From Clostridia bacterium (GTDB lineage: Bacteria; Bacillota; Clostridia; UBA1212; UBA1255), in the NCBI GenBank assembly GCA_017508875.1, contig JAFWQX010000106.1, positions 1 to 54,444 of the forward strand: DNA of 54,444 nt, read 5' to 3'. A program made the position numbers and the translations under genes. The notes beneath the pieces are model-generated. The model saw nothing but the letters and a program-made list of their open reading frames with translations, did not search any database and was not told the origin of the DNA. Positions 1-8,413 of this stretch are shown one piece after another. Every line of letters begins with the position of its first letter. Position 1 is the stretch's first letter.

Positions 1-251
1 ACGGCCGCAATTGGAAAAAGACAGAGCTGCGGCCGTACGAATTTCTCATTTATACGGCCGCAAATGAGGAAAAGAAGGAATGCGGCCGTACTACCTTCCT
101 TGCCGATACGGCCGCAATTGGAAAAAGACAGAGCTGCGGCCGTACGAATTTCTCATTTAGACGGCCGCAAATGAGGAAAAGAAGGATTGCGGCCGTACTA
201 CCTTCCTCGCCGATACGGCCGCAATTGGAAAAATACTGAGCTGCGGCCGTG
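1..251. repeat. Tandem palindromic array, 107-bp period (53+54 bp subunits), ten alternating TACGGCCGCA / TGCGGCCGTA motifs; truncated by the window edge
   Basis: Units start at 1, 108, 215. Motif copies at 1, 28, 53, 81, 107, 135, 160, 188, 214, 242 alternate in orientation. Spacers recur nearly identically every 107 bp. Confidence 0.95.
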
Positions 252-330
252 CGTCTAGCTCATCGGAAGGCAGATATATCAACCGCTTTTAACGAGCGAG
301 TAACGGGTTGCCGCGGTTCAACTTACTGCC

Positions 331-359
331 TTGCCATTGACCGAAATAAATGATACAAT
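331..359 (+). promoter_or_regulatory. Putative sigma-A promoter for the ADP-ribosylglycohydrolase gene
   Basis: TTGCCA (331-336), 17 bp, TACAAT (354-359), with extended TGn. Confidence 0.6.
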
Positions 360-434
360 ATCGGGAGAAGGGCGAGGCGGATCTGGTCGTTTTTTCTTCC
401 TGCCCTCGACACTTTGTTAAAGAGGCTGATTCTG

Positions 435-2393
435 ATGGCATATAAATGGAGAGACTACGTAAATAAAGTTTACGGTTGCTGGCTCGGGAAGTGCATCTGC
501 GGCACTATCGGCGCGCCGTACGAAGGCTATAAGGGCAGGATGGACGTCGATTTTACACCCGAACTGTTCGCAGAAATGTTGCCGAACGACGACCTCGATC
601 TGCAGGTGCTATGGCTGGACGTCATAGAGCAAATCGGCCCGGATTTCTCGTCACTCGATCTCGCAAAAGCGTTTTACGAAAAATATCCTCCGTCACCCGG
701 AGAATATGCGATATTCAAAAAGAACTTTGAACTCGGACTCAAGCCGCCGTTTACGGGCAAATTCAACAATCCTTTCTACCACGAGGGGATGGGCTGCCCG
801 ATACGTTCGGAGATATGGGCGTGCCTTGCCCCGTGGAATCCAAAGCTGGCAATGCAGCTCGCTGCAAAAGACGGATGCCTTGACCACGACGGGGAATCGA
901 TCATTGCCGAACAGTTTTTGGCGGCAATGGAGTCGATGGCTTTTAACGAAAAGATCTCCTTAAAAGAACTGATCATAAAATCGCTCGCGTTTATCAGCGA
1001 TAAATCCAGATTCTACCAGCTCGTAGGCGACGTGATGCAATGGTGCGAGGATTACGGAGATATTGACGCCGTATTCAGCCGCGTACAGAGGGATTACGGG
1101 CACAGCGACTGCACGAATATGTTCCAGAATATGTCGATCGTTGTCGCCGCGCTCCTGCTCGGAAAAGACGACCTTACGACGACGACAATGATGGCGCTTA
1201 ACTGCGGATTTGACACCGACTGCACGTGTGCGACCGTCGGAGCGCTTATGGGTATCAGGCTCGGAGGCGAGGCGATCCTGCAGAAATATTCTATTCCTGA
1301 CCAGGTCTACGTGCTCGGCGCAGAAATAGAGAGACGGTCGTATTACGTAAAAGACCTGGCTGACGACGTTGCCGCCGCCGCGACAATGTTTGCCGACCGC
1401 AACTCCAAGTTCGACATTCGCGACATACCGGAGGATCTGCCTAAAGAGCCTACGGCCCCGAAGAACCGTTTCCCGGTAAAAGTCCTGTTCACATATGCGG
1501 ACGGGAAGCCTACCGTACGCCCCGGCGATTCTAAGCTTATAAGGATCAAACTTATGCCTTCGCATAAACTTCATGAAGGCGGCGTAGTGACCGTAACTCC
1601 TCCCGAAGGCTTTACGGTAAAACCGGAGTCCCAGAAATTCAAATTCGGACTTATGAAGCCCGAACTGACCTTTACCGTAAGCGTTTCAAAAGATATTCCG
1701 GTGCTGATGGAGAAAAATCTCCTGAAAGTAAACGTAGCGCTTAAAGGAGGGGAATCGCACGATTTCTTCTTCGGATTCATAGGCGAGCAGATATGGAAAG
1801 TATTCGGACCGTTCTGGGAGAACGTCACGTACGTAAAGCCTCCGAAAGCGCGGGAAAGCTATTACGCCGGACTTGGCCCTTCTGCGAACGAGGACGAGGC
1901 GCTTACAAAAATGCGCCAGTTCCACCTCAATATGAAGGCGGATTGGGAGAAGGATTATCTTGAAGATCAGCTGCTCGGTGATGCACTGCTTCCCGAAAAA
2001 CTGCTGCAGGATCCGAAATACCAGGGCTTTGTGGCATATATCTCCCAGGACCGTTTCTGCTTCGAAGACTTTATGAAGAATACGATGCCTTGCGTAGTGT
2101 ATATGGTGAGGAACCTGTTCGTCCCGGAGGACACTGTGGCAAATATACAGATAGGCCATTCGGATTCGTTCAAAATGTGGATAGACGGAAATCTGATCGC
2201 GTACAGCGACGAACGTGAGCACTGGACGCCGGAGAATATACACAGAAAGAACATACAGCTTAAGAGAGGAAACAACCGCATCGTGCTCAAACTCGCGCGT
2301 ACTTCGGGTGTGACTGATTTCAGCATATCGTTTACCAAAGGCGGTCCGTGTACTTCTCACTTTACAGAATTCGGAAGTTCGACAAGTGTTTAA
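435..2393 (+). CDS. ADP-ribosylglycohydrolase (DraG/ARH) family protein with C-terminal beta-rich domains
   Basis: N-terminal GCWLGKCICGTIGAPYEG, NDDLD and GFDTDC metal-binding motifs. About 300 aa C-terminal extension, Ig-like then PA14-like (DSFKMWIDG...LKRGNNRIVLKL). ATG 435 follows AGAGG. Confidence 0.85.
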   Translation: MAYKWRDYVNKVYGCWLGKCICGTIGAPYEGYKGRMDVDFTPELFAEMLPNDDLDLQVLWLDVIEQIGPDFSSLDLAKAFYEKYPPSPGEYAIFKKNFELGLKPPFTGKFNNPFYHEGMGCPIRSEIWACLAPWNPKLAMQLAAKDGCLDHDGESIIAEQFLAAMESMAFNEKISLKELIIKSLAFISDKSRFYQLVGDVMQWCEDYGDIDAVFSRVQRDYGHSDCTNMFQNMSIVVAALLLGKDDLTTTTMMALNCGFDTDCTCATVGALMGIRLGGEAILQKYSIPDQVYVLGAEIERRSYYVKDLADDVAAAATMFADRNSKFDIRDIPEDLPKEPTAPKNRFPVKVLFTYADGKPTVRPGDSKLIRIKLMPSHKLHEGGVVTVTPPEGFTVKPESQKFKFGLMKPELTFTVSVSKDIPVLMEKNLLKVNVALKGGESHDFFFGFIGEQIWKVFGPFWENVTYVKPPKARESYYAGLGPSANEDEALTKMRQFHLNMKADWEKDYLEDQLLGDALLPEKLLQDPKYQGFVAYISQDRFCFEDFMKNTMPCVVYMVRNLFVPEDTVANIQIGHSDSFKMWIDGNLIAYSDEREHWTPENIHRKNIQLKRGNNRIVLKLARTSGVTDFSISFTKGGPCTSHFTEFGSSTSV

Positions 2394-2429
2394 ATATTTA
2401 TAATAATCAGATTGAAGGAGGATATCAGG

Positions 2430-2657
2430 ATGGATATCAAAGCAAAGATCAATGAGATCGTAGAAAAAGTAAAAAATGACAAAGACGTTGCCGCGAATTT
2501 CGCGAAAGACCCGGTAAAAACGGTTGAAGGGCTCGTGGGCGTTGACCTTCCTGACGATCAGGTGAAGATGATCACTGATCAGGTACAGAATAAACTTGCA
2601 GGAAAGGCTGACGGTTTAGGCGGCATCGTTTCTAAAGTGAAGGGCTTGTTCGGCTGA
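2430..2657 (+). CDS. Small hypothetical protein (75 aa) with amphipathic C-terminus
   Basis: GAAGGAGG Shine-Dalgarno before ATG 2430; ends GGIVSKVKGLFG. Confidence 0.8.
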   Translation: MDIKAKINEIVEKVKNDKDVAANFAKDPVKTVEGLVGVDLPDDQVKMITDQVQNKLAGKADGLGGIVSKVKGLFG

Positions 2658-2747
2658 TATGGACGATTCTGACGACGAAGGCCCGGAAGGGCATAACGCA
2701 GTAATTTTAATAAAAAACGGCGGGCACGGCTTGCGGAGGTGCGCGGG

Positions 2748-3971
2748 ATGATCGAAGGAATTATTATCGCGTTCTGTCTGCTGTGTTCCGCTTTTTTCTC
2801 TGCTTCCGAAACGGCCTATTCGACGCTGAGCAGGAGCAGGCTGAAGCTCATGAAGGACAACGGTAAGCGCGGAGCGGGACTCGCGCTCAGGCTTTCCGAG
2901 GACTTCGACAGCCTCCTTTCTACGATACTCGTAGGGAATAACATCGTCAATATCGCGCTCGCTTCCGTAAGTACGATTTTGTTCGTGAGACTGATCGGGG
3001 GAGCGGGACCGTCCGTTTCGACCGCCGTGATCACCGTAGCGGTGCTGATCTTCGGCGAAGTCACTCCGAAAAGCATCGCGAAAGACTATCCCGAACGGTT
3101 CGCGGTGTTTGCCGCGCCGGTCCTTCGAGCTCTCACTGTCATTTTTAAGCCGGTGAATTTTCTGTTCGCAAAATGGAAGCTGCTGATCGCGAAGCTGTTC
3201 GGCTCAAAAGAAACGAACAAGGTGACGCCGGAAGAGCTGATGCTGATGCTCGAAGAAGTGGAAAAGGAAGGGACTATCGACCGCGAAGAAGGGCGGCTGC
3301 TCGTGAACGCGCTCGAATTCTCGGACAATACCGCGGAAGACGTATTGACCCACCGCACCGAAATGGAAGCGGTAGGGCTCGACTGGGACAAACAGCGCAT
3401 CGGCGAGGTGTTTGTCCGGAGCGGCTATTCGAGGCTGCCGGTGTTCAGCGAAGACCTTGACCATATCGTGGGAATTCTTCATCATAAAGACTTTTTCACG
3501 CCGTCGGGTCTCAGCGAAAAATCCGTTGGCGAGCTGATGACACCTCCCGTTTTCGCAAACGCGGGGGAGAAGATAGATGACGTTTTAAAGCTTATGAAGA
3601 AGCATAAAACGCACATCTGCATCGTCGTCGACGAATACGGCGGAACCTCGGGGCTGGTAACGATGGAAGACATCCTGGAAGAGCTTGTCGGCGAGATCTG
3701 GGACGAGCACGATCAGGAGAAGACCGGGATCGCCGAAGCCGGTGACAATGAATTTATCGTCGACGGCCTTACGAATCTCGATGAATTTTCGGAAAGATTC
3801 GGGCTCGAGATCGAGTCGGACAACGTATCCGTAGGCGGCTGGGTGATGGAGAAACTCGAGAGGATCCCCGAACCCGGCGAAAGCTTCACTTACGAAAAAC
3901 TGAAAGTCGAAGTGCTGTCAACGGACGGGCGCCGTGCTTCGTCAATTAAGGTTTCTTTTTTAGAACAATAG
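2748..3971 (+). CDS. HlyC/CorC (CNNM/DUF21-CBS-CorC) family transporter
   Basis: SAFFSASETA, ILVGNNIVN, FGEVTPKSIA, GYSRLPV, VVDEYGGTSGLVTMEDILEELVGEIWDEHD; GGAGGT 7 nt before ATG 2748. Confidence 0.93.
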   Translation: MIEGIIIAFCLLCSAFFSASETAYSTLSRSRLKLMKDNGKRGAGLALRLSEDFDSLLSTILVGNNIVNIALASVSTILFVRLIGGAGPSVSTAVITVAVLIFGEVTPKSIAKDYPERFAVFAAPVLRALTVIFKPVNFLFAKWKLLIAKLFGSKETNKVTPEELMLMLEEVEKEGTIDREEGRLLVNALEFSDNTAEDVLTHRTEMEAVGLDWDKQRIGEVFVRSGYSRLPVFSEDLDHIVGILHHKDFFTPSGLSEKSVGELMTPPVFANAGEKIDDVLKLMKKHKTHICIVVDEYGGTSGLVTMEDILEELVGEIWDEHDQEKTGIAEAGDNEFIVDGLTNLDEFSERFGLEIESDNVSVGGWVMEKLERIPEPGESFTYEKLKVEVLSTDGRRASSIKVSFLEQ

Positions 3972-4011
3972 TGATATAATACTAACACAAAATCTTTTGG
4001 AGGCGTTTTTT

Positions 4012-5274
4012 ATGAAAACCAAAGCAGTAAGAATGTACGGAAAGGAAGACCTCAGACTTGAAGAATTTGAGCTTCCCGAGATCAAGAAAGACGAAATACT
4101 TGCGCACATCATATCCGACAGCGTATGTATGTCCACATATAAAGCAATTGAGCAGGGCACCGCTCATAAACGCGTTCCTTCCGATATAGCCGAAAAGCCG
4201 GTCATCGTAGGGCACGAATTCTGCGGCGAGATCGTTAAAGTCGGTAAAAAATGGGCTGATAAATTCAAGCCCGGCCAGAAGTTCTCCATTCAGCCCGCAC
4301 TGAACTATAAGGGCTCGATGGCAGCTCCCGGTTATTCTTATCAGTATATCGGCGGAGACGCTACTTACGTTATCATCCCTAACGAAGTTATGGAAATGAA
4401 CTGCCTGCTCAATTATGAAGGCGAAGCGTTCTTCTACGGAAGCGTTGCGGAGCCGATGTCCTGCATAGTCGGTACGTACCACGCTATGTACCACACCACC
4501 GCCGGAAAATACACCCATAAGATGGGCATCGTTAAAGGCGGAAATATGGCGATCCTCGCAGGCGTAGGACCTATGGGAATAGGCGCTATCGACTACGCTA
4601 TACATTGCCGCCGCCGTCCCGGACTGCTCGTCGTCACCGATATCGACCAGGCGAGACTTGACCGCGCAGCGTCGATCTACACCGTAGAAGAAGCAGCTAA
4701 GCACGGCGTCAAACTTGTATACGTTAACACCGCCACCACGCCCGATGCAGAGGCATACATCATGGGTCTCACGGGCGGCAAGGGTTATGACGACGTCATG
4801 GTCTTCGCTCCTGTAAAACCGGTCGTTGAGATGGGCGACAGACTGCTCGGAAAAGACGGCTGCCTTAACTTCTTCGCAGGGCCTAAGGCTGCTCCGTTCA
4901 TGGCTGAGTTCAACTTCTACAACGTGCATTACAACAGCTCGCACGTCGTAGGCACCAGCGGCGGAAACACCGACGATATGATCGAATCTCTTAAGATGAT
5001 GGGCGACGGCAGGCTGAACACGGCGTCAATGATCACGCACGTCGGCGGCCTCAATGCCGTTGTCGACACCGTTATGAATCTGCCGAAGATCCCCGGCGGA
5101 AAGAAACTGATCTATACGAACATCGACCTTCCGCTCACTGCTATTACCGACTTTGCCGAACTCGGAAAGAAGGACAAGCTCTTCAAAGACCTTGACGAGA
5201 TCTGCGCGCGCCATAACTATCTGTGGAACGCCGAAGCCGAGAAATACCTTCTTGCAAATGCCAAGGCGATCTGA
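4012..5274 (+). CDS. Zinc-binding dehydrogenase, L-sorbose-1-phosphate reductase (SorE)-like
   Basis: SDSVCMSTYKA, GHEFCG, AEPMSC, GVGPMG; lacks the structural four-Cys Zn loop; extended -10 TGATATAAT at 3972-3980. Confidence 0.85.
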   Translation: MKTKAVRMYGKEDLRLEEFELPEIKKDEILAHIISDSVCMSTYKAIEQGTAHKRVPSDIAEKPVIVGHEFCGEIVKVGKKWADKFKPGQKFSIQPALNYKGSMAAPGYSYQYIGGDATYVIIPNEVMEMNCLLNYEGEAFFYGSVAEPMSCIVGTYHAMYHTTAGKYTHKMGIVKGGNMAILAGVGPMGIGAIDYAIHCRRRPGLLVVTDIDQARLDRAASIYTVEEAAKHGVKLVYVNTATTPDAEAYIMGLTGGKGYDDVMVFAPVKPVVEMGDRLLGKDGCLNFFAGPKAAPFMAEFNFYNVHYNSSHVVGTSGGNTDDMIESLKMMGDGRLNTASMITHVGGLNAVVDTVMNLPKIPGGKKLIYTNIDLPLTAITDFAELGKKDKLFKDLDEICARHNYLWNAEAEKYLLANAKAI

Positions 5275-5319
5275 GAAGACCTGCGCTGAAGGCTGTTTAT
5301 TCTGACTGGAGGATAAAAT

Positions 5320-6792
5320 ATGGAAATACTGGCATTTGACTACGGCGCAAGCAGCGGCAGAGCGATACTCGGAAAGTTTGACGGAAAGAAGCTGTCTCTT
5401 GAAGAGATGCACCGTTTTTCAAGCGATCCGGTGATGATGAGAAATACTTTTACGTGGGACTTCCTGCGCCTTTTCCACGAGATGAAGAACGGTATACTTA
5501 AGACCTATAATGCCGGACATAAGAACCTCGCCGGTATGGGCGTCGATACGTGGGGCGTCGATTTCGGACTGCTTTCAGCGAAAGGCGATCTTCTCGGGAA
5601 CCCCGTACATTACAGGGACAGCCGTACCGACGGAATGATCGATGCGGCAACGGCCAGCGTTCCGGCGCGCGAGATCTACGGCTATACAGGCATTCAGTTC
5701 CAGAAGTTCAACACACTGTTCCAGCTGCTCGCGATGGCAAGGAACGACGATCCGCTTCTTAAGGACGCGGATACGATGCTGTTCGTGCCCGACCTGTTCA
5801 ACTACTTCCTTACGGGCGAGAAATTCTGCGAATATACGATAACCAGTACGTCGATGCTGTACGATCCGGTCGCACAGGACTGGGCGTACGATATGATCAG
5901 GAAAGTAGACAGCAGGATCAATCCTTCGATCTTCCCGAAAGTTATTGACGCGGGTACGAAGATCGGTAACATAAGCGCTTCTATCTGCTCCGAACTCGGC
6001 GTGAATCCGATACCTGTAATTGCCGTCGCGGAACACGATACCGGATCCGCGGTCGTATCCGTTCCTTTCAGGGATAAGAAGGCCGCATACCTGAGTTCCG
6101 GAACGTGGTCGCTGCTCGGCGTCGAGATCGATAAGCCGATCATCAACGATACTACATACGAACTGAATTACACGAACGAGGGCGGTATTAACAGAAGCGT
6201 AAGGCTGCTGAAGAATATCATGGGCCTCTGGATCAACCAGGAGTGCCGCAGATACTGGCAGAAGAAAGGCGAGAACTTCACGTTCGACGAGCTCGAGGAA
6301 GGCGCCCTTCAGGCGAAGCCGTTCCAGTCCATAATCGACGTTGACGCGCCCGATTTCTTCGAACCGTACAATATGCCCGTTAAAGTTCAGGAATATTGCG
6401 CCCGTACCGGCCAGAAAGTACCCGAGACCAAAGGCGAGATCGTGCGCTGCGTTATGGAGAGCCTTGCCCTTAAATACAGGCAGGCGATCGAAGGACTTGA
6501 GAAGATCGTCGGATATAAGATCCCGTCACTTCATATAGTCGGCGGCGGCTGTAAGGAGAAGACGCTCTGCAGATTTACCGCAAGCGCTATAAACCGTCCC
6601 GTATACGCAGGACCGATCGAAGCGACCGCCATCGGAAACCTTTCCACGCAGCTCATTTCGCTCGGCGAAGTCGGATCTCTGGATCAGGCGAGGGAAGTCG
6701 TTGCAAATTCTTTCCCGCTGGACGTTTATCTCCCTCAGAATCCGGCCGACTGGGAGCTCGCGTACGAAAAATTACTGTCACTGCAGTTGTAA
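5320..6792 (+). CDS. rhaB: Rhamnulokinase-like FGGY carbohydrate kinase
   Basis: DYGASSGR, GVDTWGVDFGLL, HYRDSRT, HDTGSAV, SSGTWSLLG, TNEGG, LKNIMGLW, VGGG, EATAIGN. Confidence 0.88.
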   Translation: MEILAFDYGASSGRAILGKFDGKKLSLEEMHRFSSDPVMMRNTFTWDFLRLFHEMKNGILKTYNAGHKNLAGMGVDTWGVDFGLLSAKGDLLGNPVHYRDSRTDGMIDAATASVPAREIYGYTGIQFQKFNTLFQLLAMARNDDPLLKDADTMLFVPDLFNYFLTGEKFCEYTITSTSMLYDPVAQDWAYDMIRKVDSRINPSIFPKVIDAGTKIGNISASICSELGVNPIPVIAVAEHDTGSAVVSVPFRDKKAAYLSSGTWSLLGVEIDKPIINDTTYELNYTNEGGINRSVRLLKNIMGLWINQECRRYWQKKGENFTFDELEEGALQAKPFQSIIDVDAPDFFEPYNMPVKVQEYCARTGQKVPETKGEIVRCVMESLALKYRQAIEGLEKIVGYKIPSLHIVGGGCKEKTLCRFTASAINRPVYAGPIEATAIGNLSTQLISLGEVGSLDQAREVVANSFPLDVYLPQNPADWELAYEKLLSLQL

Positions 6793-6815
6793 TTTGGCAA
6801 ACAATATAGTATAAT
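6787..6815 (+). promoter_or_regulatory. Putative promoter for the first solute-binding protein
   Basis: TTGTAA, 17 bp, TATAAT. Confidence 0.55.
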
Positions 6816-6850
6816 CACTATTGAAGCCTTAAAAGGAAAGAGGTCAGAAC

Positions 6851-8251
6851 ATGAAAAAACAAAACAGCAAACTTTCCGGGATTCTGAGAGCTTCGCTCCT
6901 TGCGCTGGCTGTTGTACTTTGCATCGGCGTATTCGGCTGCGCGAAAGCTCCGATACAGTACGGCGAAGTTGACCAGACAAAGACCGAAGAAGATCTTAAC
7001 ATTCGCGGAACGATCAAATTCACGGTTAATAACGAAAGCGGCACGGCCGACGAAGCAATGGCTCCCCGTAACGTTGTTAACAAGTTTATGGAAAAATATA
7101 CTTCCGCCAAAGTCGTATACGAAGAAGCGAACAGAACGACATATCCCGCAAGAATTTCCGCCGGCGATATCGGTGACGTGTTCTGGGTAGACGGAATCGA
7201 CGCGAATAACTATCAGCAGAATCATAACGCTCTTATGCCTCTCGACGCATATTTCAAACCGCTGAATATCGACATGGGTGATATTTACACCGGTGCTCTC
7301 GATATCGGTAAGATCGGCGGCAGACAGTATATGATCCCCAGAAAGATAGGCGAGCAGATCCTTATTTACAACCAGACCATGCTCCAGGCTGCAGGTATCG
7401 ATTTTGATAATACTGTTGCTACTTCATGGGAAGATTTCAAAAATATCTGCAAACAGCTTACTGTTATCGAAGACGGTAAGATCCAGCAGGCCGGCGCCGC
7501 TTTCAAGATCTGGTGGCATCCTATCTGGCAGATGTTCTTCCGCGGTTTCGGCGGTGAATGGATAAACAGCAAAGATCACACTGTTACCATTACCGACAGC
7601 AACGAAGTTATGCAGGGCGTAAACGAGCTCGTCACGGCTGTTCAGGAAGGCTGGCTCTATCCCGAGGATATGACCGGTAACATCAACACTATCTCCTATG
7701 CTATACCCGACGGCGACAGCAATATCTCCGGCGTATGCTTCAAGACGTTCGGCGCTATGACCTGGCTTACCAGACTCGGAAACGCTTACGACCGCCTTCA
7801 GATAGACTGGGATTTCTGCCCGTTCCCGGCATTCCCGACCCACACTGTTTCCACAGGTGCTACCGGATACGTTGTTTATAACAGAACCACGAACCCCGAT
7901 ACCGCTGCAGCGTTTGCACTGTTCTTCCTCACTCCCGAGGGCCAGACCGCTTACCACAGCCAGAAGGGCGGAAACGTTCCCGTACTTAAATCCCTCGCTG
8001 ACGAAGATTTCTGGAAAGGCGTAGGCACTCCCTGGGAAGATAAGAACTATATGGCGTTCGTTTCTTATACCGATAAGACGAAGCCTTCCGATATCGCAGC
8101 TCAGGCTCCGATGGAGATCGCCGAGATCTTCTCGAATAACAACATGATCAGCACGTTTGCAAGGATCTTTAACGGTCAGGCCGATGCTCAGACTGCTTTC
8201 GAAAAGATGCAGACTCAGGCTAATGAGAAATGGAAGACGATCCTTTCTTGA
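6851..8251 (+). CDS. Extracellular solute-binding lipoprotein (carbohydrate ABC, family-1-like), paralog A
   Basis: Signal peptide with lipobox VFGC; GDVFWVD, GRQYMIP, LIYNQTMLQAAG, WEDFKNICKQLT. Confidence 0.85.
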   Translation: MKKQNSKLSGILRASLLALAVVLCIGVFGCAKAPIQYGEVDQTKTEEDLNIRGTIKFTVNNESGTADEAMAPRNVVNKFMEKYTSAKVVYEEANRTTYPARISAGDIGDVFWVDGIDANNYQQNHNALMPLDAYFKPLNIDMGDIYTGALDIGKIGGRQYMIPRKIGEQILIYNQTMLQAAGIDFDNTVATSWEDFKNICKQLTVIEDGKIQQAGAAFKIWWHPIWQMFFRGFGGEWINSKDHTVTITDSNEVMQGVNELVTAVQEGWLYPEDMTGNINTISYAIPDGDSNISGVCFKTFGAMTWLTRLGNAYDRLQIDWDFCPFPAFPTHTVSTGATGYVVYNRTTNPDTAAAFALFFLTPEGQTAYHSQKGGNVPVLKSLADEDFWKGVGTPWEDKNYMAFVSYTDKTKPSDIAAQAPMEIAEIFSNNNMISTFARIFNGQADAQTAFEKMQTQANEKWKTILS

Positions 8252-8315
8252 TCATGACGGCACGCAAAATACTGATCAAAGCAGATTCTCTTGAATCGCT
8301 GCAATAGTATGAACC

Positions 8316-8348
8316 CTGAAACCCGGAAAAACTCCGGGTTTCAGTTTT
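8316..8348 (+). terminator. Intrinsic terminator between the two SBP genes
   Basis: CTGAAACCCGGA-AAAAC-TCCGGGTTTCAG perfect 12-bp stem followed by TTTT. Confidence 0.85.
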
Positions 8349-8354
8349 ATTATA

Positions 8355-8383
8355 TTGAAAAATAACTGCACATGTGGTAAAAT
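8355..8383 (+). promoter_or_regulatory. Putative promoter for the second SBP
   Basis: TTGAAA, 17 bp, TAAAAT with TGn. Confidence 0.6.
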
Positions 8384-8413
8384 CGATTTGAAGAAAGGGG
8401 TGGCAGTTTTAAA

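Noticed and set aside
1-251. CRISPR array
   Set aside because: The motif is only 10 bp, alternates in orientation, and the spacers repeat instead of being unique; no cas genes in the window.
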